Below are positions 48,400 to 58,207 of a DNA stretch of 64,000 bases, in pieces. The position numbers and the translations under genes are program-made. Positions within the stretch are counted from its first letter, which is position 1. Every line of letters starts with the position of its first letter. A model generated the notes under the pieces. The model searched no databases, had not been told where the DNA came from, and saw only the letters and a program-made list of their open reading frames with translations. The DNA is from a phage: NCBI GenBank assembly GCA_014687725.1, contig GCA_014687725.1_4094.1; one strand, 5' to 3'.

Positions 48400-49590
48400 T
48401 TACAATTGTCTAGGTGTATCCAGAACATATCTATTTGTACTAGGTCCACCATCATCATACGTTCCGGTTGAATATATATTTTTCATATCAGCAGTTAGAA
48501 AAGTACGATACGAACCGCGATATATTTTTATTTTATCATACATAGAATATGATATTTCTGCTGGCATTGGACATATAGTAAATCTACCAATAGTAACATT
48601 AGAACCAACACCTAATGTACCAGCATAACCACTCGCATTTAAACCAGTTGCATATACACCTGTACTCGTAACTAGTATACTAGATTGTGCTGCATATCCA
48701 GTATGGATTGAATAATAAGTTCCTGATGGTAATGTAGTACTATTATTCCCTAATACTGCTAGTGCTGTACTATTCGTAGTGTTATTACCCCATGCCCCAT
48801 TATTAGCGTTACCACCTACTAGGAACTGACGTGCTCCTGTACTTGGATTCTCTACTAAAGCACTGACAGCACCAATTGAACAACCAGTATATTGTAATGT
48901 TTTTGTATATGTGGTACTTGGCTTATACAAAGTATATTCATTAAATGGTGTCCATGTGGTACTAGTACTTATGCCAGATGTACTACCACCAATATATAAA
49001 TTATTTTGTGTATCAAAAAACATTACACAGTAATTTGTTGACTGTATTTGTGCAATATCTACATCTGGTGTTACCGCTTTAACAAATGAACCATCTGATA
49101 TTTGATAAGTAGTTCCTGTACCATCTGCGAATTGTCTAGCACTATTCCACCCTGTACTCCATATTGTATTATTATCCATTAAGAAAGTAAACCACGTAGT
49201 ACCTGCATACATCTGTTTAATTGAAGTACTTGAACTTTGTGTGTACAAATTTTCAATATATTGGTTATAACTTAAAAATGATGTAGTACTAGTTTCTAAA
49301 CCAATATGACTACCATATCCACAATAAAAATAATTTAAGTCCTTATCTTGAACTAACAAAGTTCCTTGTGTCATCCAGCAATCTTTGACATTTTCTCTAA
49401 TTAATGTCCACGACCTTACTGCATTATTATTTCCTCTACCAAACTTCCCAAAACTATTACTGCCTCGTGCGTATAGTTGACCATCAGTATAAAGTACAAC
49501 AACATCAGTATCAGTTGGTATTATTTTCTTAATTTGTAGTGGTACAGGCACAATATTCCCATAATTCATCATTCTTGCAAAAGGTAACAT
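48400..49590 (-). CDS. RCC1-repeat beta-propeller protein (unit 8)
   Basis: MLPFARMMNYGNI; motifs GWNSARQF, GGNANNGAWGNN. Confidence 0.7.
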   Translation of the reverse strand: MLPFARMMNYGNIVPVPLQIKKIIPTDTDVVVLYTDGQLYARGSNSFGKFGRGNNNAVRSWTLIRENVKDCWMTQGTLLVQDKDLNYFYCGYGSHIGLETSTTSFLSYNQYIENLYTQSSSTSIKQMYAGTTWFTFLMDNNTIWSTGWNSARQFADGTGTTYQISDGSFVKAVTPDVDIAQIQSTNYCVMFFDTQNNLYIGGSTSGISTSTTWTPFNEYTLYKPSTTYTKTLQYTGCSIGAVSALVENPSTGARQFLVGGNANNGAWGNNTTNSTALAVLGNNSTTLPSGTYYSIHTGYAAQSSILVTSTGVYATGLNASGYAGTLGVGSNVTIGRFTICPMPAEISYSMYDKIKIYRGSYRTFLTADMKNIYSTGTYDDGGPSTNRYVLDTPRQL

Positions 49591-49655
49591 AATTCCCTCC
49601 TTTATTCATTATACTATATTTAATACAAATAAGAATGCCAGTATCAAGTACTGGC
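49591..49655 (-). promoter_or_regulatory. array intergenic module (hairpin overlaps stop of unit 9)
   Basis: GCCAGTA...TACTGGC around 49637-49655. Confidence 0.55.
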
Positions 49656-50831
49656 ATTGATTGTTGGAAGTGGGAACTCTTTCATGACAGATGAACTACT
49701 TGCTGAAATATTATCAGGGGATTTCCCCGCGTAGTATAATTTATTATTAATGTACATATACAACGTTGCATCGTTCCCAGCTACAAGTGATTCACTTTTC
49801 TTAAAATTAACACCATCAGGTAAAATTGCTTCAACAAATGAACCAGAATTAATTGTACTGTTATTTGCCAATTGACCATTGTTATTATAACCAGTACTAT
49901 AAATTTTACCAGAGCTATAATATACCAGGCCACGGGATGAGATGTTTTCAATTCGAATGAATTCACTATCATCTGGAACGGTTTTCGATAACGTTGGCGT
50001 TAATTTATAACCCCCTGCTGTAGTATTATTACCCAACTGACCATCAGCTTGATAGCCCATTGTATACATAGGACATGATTCTGGTGTACCTTTAGTTATA
50101 ATACCAATATAACTCGCACTACAAAAAACGTCTATAGCTTCGGTAACAGGTGTGCCCTTATATTGAACCCAAGGAAATATATATGTGTTTTGAACTCCAT
50201 TTCCCAACGTTCCATGAGATGTTGTCCCAGTACGCCATATTGTATTATCTAGTTTAATAATCCAGTTAGAGGGTGTGATGGATGAACAGAATTTTTTAAC
50301 ATTATCGACTAAAAATGTAAATTTATTAAAATATGATGCAGTGTTTAAACCAAACTTTGAATTTTTATTATCACCTAACAAATATAAACTATTATCAGTA
50401 CCTAAAATCAAAGCATAATCAAGACCTACATATATCTCTTTGATTTTTGAAATACCAAATTGTGTAAAATAACTCGTACATTCAGTGAATGTTGTTACAG
50501 TATTTGTTGTATTATTACCTAGCCATTTATCTAAACCACTATAAAAGAATCTATCATCATTTGTTCGTATTAGACAAAACCCATTCCCTGTACTGCACCA
50601 AAAATCTTTAACATTGCTATATATTTTTGTCCATTCAGTAACCTGTGTAGTATTCCCTAACCCAAAAATTCCACCATTCTGAAGACCCATAGCCCACACT
50701 GATCCATTTACATCCAGCAGCATTGTGCATGTAAATGAATAACCAACTGCTGGGGTGACTAATTTAGTAAAATTGGGAACATATGGAATGACTTTATTCC
50801 CGTACTTAACCATTCTTGTAAAAGGTAACAT
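49644..50831 (-). CDS. RCC1-repeat beta-propeller protein (unit 9, 395 aa)
   Basis: MLPFTRMVKYGNK at internal ATG 50831; motifs GYQADGQLGNN, GYNNNGQLANN. Confidence 0.75.
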   Translation of the reverse strand: MLPFTRMVKYGNKVIPYVPNFTKLVTPAVGYSFTCTMLLDVNGSVWAMGLQNGGIFGLGNTTQVTEWTKIYSNVKDFWCSTGNGFCLIRTNDDRFFYSGLDKWLGNNTTNTVTTFTECTSYFTQFGISKIKEIYVGLDYALILGTDNSLYLLGDNKNSKFGLNTASYFNKFTFLVDNVKKFCSSITPSNWIIKLDNTIWRTGTTSHGTLGNGVQNTYIFPWVQYKGTPVTEAIDVFCSASYIGIITKGTPESCPMYTMGYQADGQLGNNTTAGGYKLTPTLSKTVPDDSEFIRIENISSRGLVYYSSGKIYSTGYNNNGQLANNSTINSGSFVEAILPDGVNFKKSESLVAGNDATLYMYINNKLYYAGKSPDNISASSSSVMKEFPLPTINAST

Positions 50832-50901
50832 AATTCCTCCTTTATTCATTATACTATATTTAATCAAAAAATAAAAGCCAGTATCAAGTACTGGCTTTAA
50901 T
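50832..50901 (-). promoter_or_regulatory. array intergenic module
   Basis: Conserved unit with GCCAGTATCAAGTACTGGC hairpin. Confidence 0.6.
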
Positions 50902-52050
50902 TCATTGTATAAATGACATATCAACTTCGGTATATCTTGTAGTGTACTGCCCAGAACTTCCACCCATTACTAGATTGGAAAAACCAGTATAAAATAACTT
51001 CCCTTCATCTGTGAGAATCAAACTACCGATGTTATTCAGTACTAAACTGTAAGAACTATTAAAATTTTCATAAGACTTGGTATAATAGAACTGATTTGTA
51101 AGATTACCAACACCCAATTGCCCACCAGTGTTAACCCCAGATGCAAATATTGTAGTCCCAAATCTGAGAATATGTGAAGCCATATTACCAACACAACAGT
51201 ATATATTCTGTACATCCGAATTCAATAAAGTTGGTGTTGTGTATTGCTTAAGTGTTGTGCCTGTGCCGAATTCATTACCATATGATACTCCATATTGTGT
51301 ACCACAAGCGTACAATTTATTATCATCTTTAATAAAAAATGTACTCTGATAACTTACATCGACATCTATAACATTAGTCTGTATTCTAACAACACCAGTA
51401 CTAGCAGTTTGATTGCCTGTCCCTAACTGATAGTAAGTGTTAATACCACAACCCCATAATGTATTATCTTCTTTTAGGTATATGTTACCAACAGCTTTTT
51501 TTACCGATGATATGGCTTCAATCTTAACAAAGGCGTTAAATGAATTTGTATTTGTGCCATTACCAAAAGATGATCTGGTTGATGTGCTGTTTGTTCCGCA
51601 GCAATATAAAGTACCATCAGTTGTTATCAAATTCACTTTAAGATCACTGTAACTACTCATGTATTTTATATCAGAAACATTAATACCACTGGATGTTATC
51701 CATGAAGTACAATCTGTCCACGTGTTATAATATGCACCTGAACCAGAAAACGCACTCGGACTTCCAGTTATAAACACTTTTCCAGTACCGTCTTCTTCAT
51801 ATAATTGACAACCACTACTGTTATTTTCCAAAAGGACTCTTTTAACATTAGTCGCACTAAGAATAAATTTACTCGACGCTACACCAGTTCCAGTACCCTG
51901 ACTGACTGCCGCTGATGCATACAAATTTTTCGTGTATGTATCATGAAAATACATAGCACTACCGCCGGAATATATTTTAAAACGTGTACTAGGATCAGGC
52001 GGGTTAGGTGCAATATTTCCGTACTTAATCATTCTTCCAAAAGGTAACAT
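50902..52050 (-). CDS. RCC1-repeat beta-propeller protein (unit 10)
   Basis: MLPFGRMIKYGNI; motifs GVNTGGQLGVGN, GINTYYQLGTGN. Confidence 0.8.
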   Translation of the reverse strand: MLPFGRMIKYGNIAPNPPDPSTRFKIYSGGSAMYFHDTYTKNLYASAAVSQGTGTGVASSKFILSATNVKRVLLENNSSGCQLYEEDGTGKVFITGSPSAFSGSGAYYNTWTDCTSWITSSGINVSDIKYMSSYSDLKVNLITTDGTLYCCGTNSTSTRSSFGNGTNTNSFNAFVKIEAISSVKKAVGNIYLKEDNTLWGCGINTYYQLGTGNQTASTGVVRIQTNVIDVDVSYQSTFFIKDDNKLYACGTQYGVSYGNEFGTGTTLKQYTTPTLLNSDVQNIYCCVGNMASHILRFGTTIFASGVNTGGQLGVGNLTNQFYYTKSYENFNSSYSLVLNNIGSLILTDEGKLFYTGFSNLVMGGSSGQYTTRYTEVDMSFIQ

Positions 52051-52121
52051 ATTTCCCTCCTTTATTCATTATAGTATATTTAATACAAATAAGAATGCCA
52101 GTATCAAGCACTGGCATTATG
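52051..52121 (-). promoter_or_regulatory. array intergenic module
   Basis: Conserved unit. Confidence 0.6.
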
Positions 52122-53231
52122 TTATTTTGGTAAATCAATTTTAGTAAAGACTGCAACATCCTCGATTGCACCTGGAATGGCGTAATACGATCCAGTACTA
52201 TACACATCTCCATTTTTGGTTAATATCGATGTCAAACCATCACTAAAAAGAACATCTCTAATCTCACTAACTTCAACGGGTAATTGTAAATTGGTAGCAC
52301 TATATATAGCACCAGTTTGAGAATTGTTTAATCCCAAACCACGGTTCGCCCCAACACCCTTCTGATATGTACTAGTAATTACCATTTGTGTAGCAGTATT
52401 TAATGCAGGTGAATTCGTCATAAACAACGGAGAACTATTAGGCAAAGTACTTACAGGAACTGCACGGAATGTAGTCGTACCTGAACTAAGAAAGTTTGGA
52501 GTTTGACCACATACGAAATATGATGTACCATTATAGTAATTTAATGCATTACCACCAATGGCTGCATCGATTACACCAGAACTACGCAATCCCCAAGTGT
52601 TAATTTGTGTTTGGTTCCCCGTACCATGCTGCCCACTACTATTCCATCCAGAACTATATAGCTTATTATCTAATGTAAGATACATACTATCATTCGCATT
52701 GGTCATTACTTTACGAACGTTCGTAGCACATTGAGTTAATGTATAAATTGATGATGAACCAATACCCAAAGAACCACGATATCCATTATCTCCTGCACCA
52801 TAGAGTACTGAATTAGTGCTAAGTACAAATATTAAACCATTTGTACATACAATATTAGCAATTTCACTTACTGGTATAGCATTGGTAAACCAATTAGTCC
52901 TTTCAACTAATACAGTACTGTAAGAAGTAGTCGTAGAAGATGAGAACCAGTACGTTTGACCTGATGTCCATATAGTATTATCATTTTTAATAATAACAAG
53001 TGTACGATCACCCACGAAAAAATTAGAAACATCTGCACTTACTAATATCCATGAAGATACCGTGTTGGTATTACCATTTCCAGATTCACCACCTTGATTT
53101 CTACCTATGTAATATAAATCATGTGAATCAGTCAATAAGAATTGACCTTGTGTAGAAGCACCAACTTTAATTATATTTTTAGGACCAGGTACAATATTTC
53201 CGTACTTAACCATTCTTCCAAAAGGTAACAT
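52122..53231 (-). CDS. RCC1-repeat beta-propeller protein (unit 11, 369 aa)
   Basis: MLPFGRMVKYGNI at internal ATG 53231; motif GWNSSGQHGTGN. Confidence 0.75.
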   Translation of the reverse strand: MLPFGRMVKYGNIVPGPKNIIKVGASTQGQFLLTDSHDLYYIGRNQGGESGNGNTNTVSSWILVSADVSNFFVGDRTLVIIKNDNTIWTSGQTYWFSSSTTTSYSTVLVERTNWFTNAIPVSEIANIVCTNGLIFVLSTNSVLYGAGDNGYRGSLGIGSSSIYTLTQCATNVRKVMTNANDSMYLTLDNKLYSSGWNSSGQHGTGNQTQINTWGLRSSGVIDAAIGGNALNYYNGTSYFVCGQTPNFLSSGTTTFRAVPVSTLPNSSPLFMTNSPALNTATQMVITSTYQKGVGANRGLGLNNSQTGAIYSATNLQLPVEVSEIRDVLFSDGLTSILTKNGDVYSTGSYYAIPGAIEDVAVFTKIDLPK

Positions 53232-53304
53232 AAATCCCTCCTTATTCATTATACTATATTTAATACAAAAAAGAAAAGCCAGCATCAAGTACTGGCATAT
53301 CAAA
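53232..53304 (-). promoter_or_regulatory. array intergenic module
   Basis: Conserved unit with GCCAGCATCAAGTACTGGC hairpin. Confidence 0.6.
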
Positions 53305-54453
53305 TCACTGCAAAAATGACATATCGACTTCGGTATAATTAAGAACGTTCTGTCCAGCAATACCTCCCATTACTACAATTGAAGCCCCACAATAATATAA
53401 CTTCGAAGTGTCAGTAAGTATAAGTGAACCAGATGGGGTGCGTACCAAATTACACGAAGTATTAAACGAAGTATATGAAGGGGTATAAGAGTACTGATTA
53501 ATATTATTACCAACACCTAATTGACCAGACGAGTTGCTTCCAGATGCATAAAGTACTTCATCACCTTTAACTATATGTGACGCCATGTTACCAACACAAG
53601 TATATAAACTATAAACTCCTGAACTCAATAATGTTGGAGTTTTGTATTGTATATCTGTAGATGAAGAAGTACCACCTGTGCCAAATTCGTTCCCGTATTG
53701 TGCACCGAACTGTTTACCACATGCGTACAAATTATTATCTGATTTAATAAAAAATGTACTCTGATAACTTACATCAAAATCTATAACATCCGAAGCAATC
53801 ATCGTCACCCCAGTAATAGAAGTTTGATTACCTGTACCTAACTGATAGTAATAGTTAAAACCACAACCCCATAAAGTATTATCTTCTTTTAGGTATATGT
53901 TACCAACTGCCTTTTTAACCGAAGTTATAGTATCTACCCTTTTGAATGTGTTAAAAGAATTAATGTTTGTACCATCACCAAATGATGATAGGTTAGAGTT
54001 ATTGTTAGCTCCACAACAATACAATGTACCATCGTTTGTTATCAAATTTACCTTCATATCATTAAAACTACTCATGTATTTTATATCAGAAACATTAATA
54101 CCACCTGATGTTATCCACGTAGTACATTCCGTCCACAAAGTTTTTCTATCAGTTACACCAGTGAATGCCTTCGTGTTACCAGTGATAAAAACTTTTCCAG
54201 TACCTTTCTCTTCATACAATTGACAATCACTACTGTTATTTTCCAATAGAACTCGTTTAACATTCTCCGCACTAAGAATAAATTTACTCGACGAAACACC
54301 TGTTCCAGTACCCCAATTCGTCGCAGAAGATGCATACAACTTATCAGTATAAGTATCATGAAGATACATGGAATCACTGGAATATATTTTAAAACGTCCA
54401 TCATCACCAGGGGCAATATTCCCGTACTTAATCATTCTAACAAAAGGTAACAT
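53305..54453 (-). CDS. RCC1-repeat beta-propeller protein (unit 12, 382 aa)
   Basis: MLPFVRMIKYGNI; motifs GSNSSGQLGVGN, GFNYYYQLGTGN; close paralog of unit 10. Confidence 0.8.
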   Translation of the reverse strand: MLPFVRMIKYGNIAPGDDGRFKIYSSDSMYLHDTYTDKLYASSATNWGTGTGVSSSKFILSAENVKRVLLENNSSDCQLYEEKGTGKVFITGNTKAFTGVTDRKTLWTECTTWITSGGINVSDIKYMSSFNDMKVNLITNDGTLYCCGANNNSNLSSFGDGTNINSFNTFKRVDTITSVKKAVGNIYLKEDNTLWGCGFNYYYQLGTGNQTSITGVTMIASDVIDFDVSYQSTFFIKSDNNLYACGKQFGAQYGNEFGTGGTSSSTDIQYKTPTLLSSGVYSLYTCVGNMASHIVKGDEVLYASGSNSSGQLGVGNNINQYSYTPSYTSFNTSCNLVRTPSGSLILTDTSKLYYCGASIVVMGGIAGQNVLNYTEVDMSFLQ

Positions 54454-54501
54454 ATTTCCCTCCTTATTCATTATATCATATTTACCCCATAAAGAAAACC
54501 C
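54454..54501 (-). promoter_or_regulatory. upstream region of array unit 12 (TATAAT and SD on minus strand)
   Basis: Minus strand GATATAATGAATAAGGAGGGAAAT then ATG. Confidence 0.5.
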
Positions 54502-54530
54502 TTGACATCCTTTCAGTACTGGTGTACTAT
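54502..54530 (+). promoter_or_regulatory. divergent promoter TTGACA-N17-TACTAT for plus-strand small-gene array
   Basis: TTGACA 54502-54507; AAGGAG RBS before ATG 54556. Confidence 0.5.
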
Positions 54531-54555
54531 AGAAGGAATATAAGGAGAACTACAC

Positions 54556-54783
54556 ATGACAAATACTCTTAAGCACTACCTCAATACTCTAAATGAACTA
54601 GAGTACGGGGAATTTCTCGCGGATAGTTCGTGGCTAATTGAGCTAAAAAATTATAATAGTCCAGGATGCACCCTTATGATGAACAATGCAATTGATACCC
54701 TCATTGTGAGTATTTTACACAGCAACATCTGCGGGGATAGCAATAAACAATTATCAAAAATCTTAGTACTGCTATCTATATGA
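54556..54783 (+). CDS. small paralog array protein (divergent member), 75 aa
   Basis: First gene of tandem array; hydrophobic C-terminus ILVLLSI. Confidence 0.5.
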   Translation: MTNTLKHYLNTLNELEYGEFLADSSWLIELKNYNSPGCTLMMNNAIDTLIVSILHSNICGDSNKQLSKILVLLSI

Positions 54784-54983
54784 ACATTGAACAGTACTAC
54801 ATCGATGCACTACCAACAAAAGGTCTACGAGAAAGCCTACTGTATACACAAAATACTTTTATACACTACAAACGTTGTCCTAAACTCCTGAACTCGTACA
54901 GGAGTAATATCATAAGAAATGCTTTACAAGGGGCAGAAAGTATGCAATACTATTATATCCTTGCCCTTTTAATCGAGTACTAA
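54780..54983 (+). CDS. small paralog array protein, 67 aa
   Basis: MNIEQYYIDAL ... YYYILALLIEY. Confidence 0.55.
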   Translation: MNIEQYYIDALPTKGLRESLLYTQNTFIHYKRCPKLLNSYRSNIIRNALQGAESMQYYYILALLIEY

Positions 54984-54984
54984 T

Positions 54985-55194
54985 ATGAATACTGAACATA
55001 AAGAATTCTACACCAAATACCTTAGCAACGAAGAACAATTGTTTCTAAGGAGTGTATCACCTGTAAGTACCAATACTCACTTCGGTAGAGATTGCTTTAA
55101 TAATTGTATACGTAGTACTCTAGAAGCAATCGAATGCAATAACAAAAATATTATGTACTCAGGTTTAATAGGACTAATCTACTTCTATGAATAA
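54985..55194 (+). CDS. small paralog array protein, 69 aa
   Basis: MNTEHKEFYTKYL ... FNNCIRSTL ... LIGLIYFYE; close paralog of 57998. Confidence 0.6.
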   Translation: MNTEHKEFYTKYLSNEEQLFLRSVSPVSTNTHFGRDCFNNCIRSTLEAIECNNKNIMYSGLIGLIYFYE

Positions 55195-55381
55195 TCATAA
55201 AGATTTCTATGGTAGTAAACTACACAAGCAAGACCAGCTATCATTCTCTTTAGCACCACCTATGAGAAAGGATAATCTATATTACAATTACGATTTCAGG
55301 ATGGCGACACGTTATGCAATAGAACATCAGTTCCCTGAAACTAAGTACCGCTCTATCCTGAACCTCATCTTTAAGTTCTAA
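55187..55381 (+). CDS. small paralog array protein, 64 aa
   Basis: MNNHKDFY ... ILNLIFKF. Confidence 0.55.
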   Translation: MNNHKDFYGSKLHKQDQLSFSLAPPMRKDNLYYNYDFRMATRYAIEHQFPETKYRSILNLIFKF

Positions 55382-55433
55382 AAGGTGCAACAGGAACCGA
55401 GTACTTTAATATAGTAAGGCTAATTACATTATA

Positions 55434-55619
55434 ATGAATCATATAAGCTACTACTACCAACAACTATCAGACAGAGACAAGTACAGTCACAACTCCCATG
55501 TGTGGTACTACAAACGCGGCAGTATAAGAGACAAACAACATTACTTCTGTATTTCTATTAAAGAAGCACTGACAACTAAGTACACGTACCGAGCAGTACT
55601 GAAACTTATTGAAATGTAA
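55434..55619 (+). CDS. small paralog array protein, 61 aa
   Basis: KYTYRAVLKLIEM C-terminus. Confidence 0.55.
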   Translation: MNHISYYYQQLSDRDKYSHNSHVWYYKRGSIRDKQHYFCISIKEALTTKYTYRAVLKLIEM

Positions 55620-55627
55620 GGAAGAAA

Positions 55628-55810
55628 ATGAACATAGAATTCTATTTAACTAAACTACAACACGCCGAAAGATTCAACTTCAATAAGTTCAATATTTTCT
55701 ACAATTGCGGGAACAAAAAAGATAAACACACCTTCCTATATGTCGTCACAAGAGATGCACAAAACGAAAAGTACACATACAGAGAAGTAATGAAACTAAT
55801 CGCTATTTAA
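55628..55810 (+). CDS. small paralog array protein, 60 aa
   Basis: KYTYREVMKLIAI C-terminus. Confidence 0.55.
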   Translation: MNIEFYLTKLQHAERFNFNKFNIFYNCGNKKDKHTFLYVVTRDAQNEKYTYREVMKLIAI

Positions 55811-55818
55811 GGAATACT

Positions 55819-55998
55819 ATGCAACAATTCTATAGAGAACGTATAACCATAAAAGACCGTTTCATGTACGACACCTTCGTGAAGTACTACAAACTAGGAA
55901 CAAAAAGTACTAAAAATATTAATCTCAATAGCTGCATTTATGCTGTACTAACACAAGATAATCCCTACAGGGAAATCCTCGCCCTGGCATCTATATAA
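55819..55998 (+). CDS. small paralog array protein, 59 aa (below track cutoff)
   Basis: MQQFYRERI ... NSCIYAVL ... ILALASI; fills gap in array. Confidence 0.45.
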   Translation: MQQFYRERITIKDRFMYDTFVKYYKLGTKSTKNINLNSCIYAVLTQDNPYREILALASI

Positions 55999-56008
55999 AG
56001 GAAACCAA

Positions 56009-56680
56009 ATGAAACTTAATGCACACAGCAAACAATACCTTAAGCACTTTAAGTACCTCAATAGTATTCAGGCAGAATCAGTTACATCTGCATATACGTA
56101 TCACCCGAATGTACTAAAGAAACGAAATAAAAAGGAAAAATCCAGTACAAATGGAGTTAACGTATCAAAGAACCTTGAATTGTACATGAAGAAAAATAAT
56201 ATAGCTGTTCATTATATGAATATCTATAATACTGATTTAAAAGTATTGAGTACTAATACGAGCACAAAGGTACTAAAGAACGCATCCTTCATCATCAATA
56301 TGCAGTTGGATAATACCCCGTGCACTTTAATGCTATACTTCGGGAATACATACTTCTTCGGGAATTGTAACACCTCCCACGATGTCAATACAGCACAATT
56401 CCAAATGGGTGGCATATACAATATGGGTTCAAAAAAAGTACACGAGAATATGCACTTCTGGCAAGCACAACGTACAGAAGAAACTAAATCAATTGTAGAT
56501 TTCCTCAAAGAACTAGAACACAAAGAACTACAGGAAGAAGAACTATTCATGTACAGTACTGTAATCGATAATCCAGTACTCTATAAAAACGCGTACAATC
56601 TGACAAAACATGTACAGGAAATTATCAGTACTAATAAGAAAATGCATCACCTCATTACGTATATTACAAACTATGTATAA
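56009..56680 (+). CDS. hypothetical protein (223 aa) embedded in small-gene array
   Basis: Larger ORF interrupting the array; next gene start overlaps its stop. Confidence 0.55.
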   Translation: MKLNAHSKQYLKHFKYLNSIQAESVTSAYTYHPNVLKKRNKKEKSSTNGVNVSKNLELYMKKNNIAVHYMNIYNTDLKVLSTNTSTKVLKNASFIINMQLDNTPCTLMLYFGNTYFFGNCNTSHDVNTAQFQMGGIYNMGSKKVHENMHFWQAQRTEETKSIVDFLKELEHKELQEEELFMYSTVIDNPVLYKNAYNLTKHVQEIISTNKKMHHLITYITNYV

Positions 56681-56855
56681 AGAATACTACCAAGAACATC
56701 TCCCAATGCATCTCCAACACCTTGTACCCAAAGAACCAATAGGAATAAAAGATCACGCAAAAATAATGTTCCAACAATGTACTAAGTACACGCTCATATA
56801 CGATGATAATCCATATATGCTGTACTACGTAGTAATGCTAACATTCAGGTACTAA
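56673..56855 (+). CDS. small paralog array protein, 60 aa
   Basis: MYKEYYQEHLPMHLQHLVP ... VVMLTFRY; paralog of 57045. Confidence 0.55.
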   Translation: MYKEYYQEHLPMHLQHLVPKEPIGIKDHAKIMFQQCTKYTLIYDDNPYMLYYVVMLTFRY

Positions 56856-56856
56856 T

Positions 56857-57036
56857 ATGCACAAACATAAAGAATTCTACCTCTCGTACCTTAATTCCGA
56901 TATAGTAACATCCAATACCTTCAGTACTAAAATTATCTATAATGAATTAATAAAAGAATGTATTAAAGGTGCTATTAACCCTAAAGATACGTATGACTTG
57001 TACTATGCAGTACTAACCCTTGTTTTCACGAAATAA
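56857..57036 (+). CDS. small paralog array protein, 59 aa (below track cutoff)
   Basis: MHKHKEFYLSYL ... AVLTLVFTK; TAATATG stop-start junction. Confidence 0.45.
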   Translation: MHKHKEFYLSYLNSDIVTSNTFSTKIIYNELIKECIKGAINPKDTYDLYYAVLTLVFTK

Positions 57037-57044
57037 CACATAAT

Positions 57045-57236
57045 ATGAATAACCACAAAGAATACTACATAGAGAAACTCCCAATGTATCTCCAACACCT
57101 TGTACCAAACGTTGCATTGGGTATAGAAAAAAACTACGAAAAAGACTACTTCATTCAGTGCACTAAATCCTCGATATATATTGACGACTATAATCGAGTA
57201 CTGTATCACATCCTTTTACTAATATATAGGTACTAA
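57045..57236 (+). CDS. small paralog array protein, 63 aa
   Basis: MNNHKEYYIEKLPMYLQHLVP ... LLLIYRY. Confidence 0.6.
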   Translation: MNNHKEYYIEKLPMYLQHLVPNVALGIEKNYEKDYFIQCTKSSIYIDDYNRVLYHILLLIYRY

Positions 57237-57237
57237 T

Positions 57238-57420
57238 ATGCACAAAGAATACTACACACAATTTCTCCCCAGCATTTTTGAACACTACGCCAGATATAAA
57301 GTCCCTATGGATAACGATTTGGCAGTACTGGGATTCAATAACTGCATAGAACGAAGTATAGAAAATAGTAGTAGTTATGACCAGCTATATAACACTATCC
57401 TACTTATATTCAGGTACTAA
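57238..57420 (+). CDS. small paralog array protein, 60 aa
   Basis: MHKEYYTQFL ... FNNCIERSI ... LLIFRY. Confidence 0.6.
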   Translation: MHKEYYTQFLPSIFEHYARYKVPMDNDLAVLGFNNCIERSIENSSSYDQLYNTILLIFRY

Positions 57421-57421
57421 C

Positions 57422-57610
57422 ATGCATAAAGAATACTACACAAAATATTTCCCAATGTACCTCAGAACTAATCTATTAGATAAACCTCGCGGTATCAATG
57501 CACAAAATGATAAAGTGTATTTTACTATGTGCACTAAAGCATGTATACTAGATTTTGACAGCTATCATCGAGTACTGTATCATACCCTGTACCTAGCTTT
57601 CGTATTCTAA
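57422..57610 (+). CDS. small paralog array protein, 62 aa
   Basis: MHKEYYTKYF ... LYLAFVF; internal ATG of track ORF 57377-57610. Confidence 0.55.
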   Translation: MHKEYYTKYFPMYLRTNLLDKPRGINAQNDKVYFTMCTKACILDFDSYHRVLYHTLYLAFVF

Positions 57611-57619
57611 GAGAACAAT

Positions 57620-57805
57620 ATGCATAAAGAATTCTACTTAAGCCATCTGGATCTAAACTCCCAAATGCTTATACCACTAATCCCAATAGATATCAAGGAT
57701 AAGAAAAATACCGAACAATTCATTTACCATACACAGTGTGCGATCACCCCAAATTACATTCCATATGAATTGTACTACATTATCGCCCTAATATATAGGT
57801 ACTAA
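57620..57805 (+). CDS. small paralog array protein, 61 aa
   Basis: MHKEFYLSHL ... IIALIYRY. Confidence 0.6.
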   Translation: MHKEFYLSHLDLNSQMLIPLIPIDIKDKKNTEQFIYHTQCAITPNYIPYELYYIIALIYRY

Positions 57806-57806
57806 T

Positions 57807-57992
57807 ATGCATAGAGAATACTACACACAATTTGTTAAAGGGAACTACAAACATGCCGTACCCAGAACCCCTTTAAATTCTCATGACCCAAGTACTATAT
57901 TCTTGTTCCATGACGCAATACGTACAGTACTCAATACTAAAGATGAAGATGTGCAGTACGTATTCTTACTATTACTTATATACAGACACTAA
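57807..57992 (+). CDS. small paralog array protein, 61 aa
   Basis: MHREYYTQFV ... LLLLIYRH. Confidence 0.6.
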   Translation: MHREYYTQFVKGNYKHAVPRTPLNSHDPSTIFLFHDAIRTVLNTKDEDVQYVFLLLLIYRH

Positions 57993-57997
57993 CTAAT

Positions 57998-58207
57998 ATG
58001 AATAAAGAACATAAAGAATTCTACTCCAAATACATAAGCCCCTCAGAACAAATGTTTCTAAGGACTACACCACCTTTAAGTACTAATACATATTTCGGCA
58101 GAGTATGCTACAATAATTGTATTCAAATGACTTTAAACGCAAACGAAGATGGTAACAGTACTAACCTGTACTCAGGTATCATAGGTATACTATTCCTGTA
58201 TGAATAA
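57998..58207 (+). CDS. small paralog array protein, 69 aa
   Basis: MNKEHKEFYSKYI ... YNNCIQMTL ... GILFLYE. Confidence 0.6.
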   Translation: MNKEHKEFYSKYISPSEQMFLRTTPPLSTNTYFGRVCYNNCIQMTLNANEDGNSTNLYSGIIGILFLYE

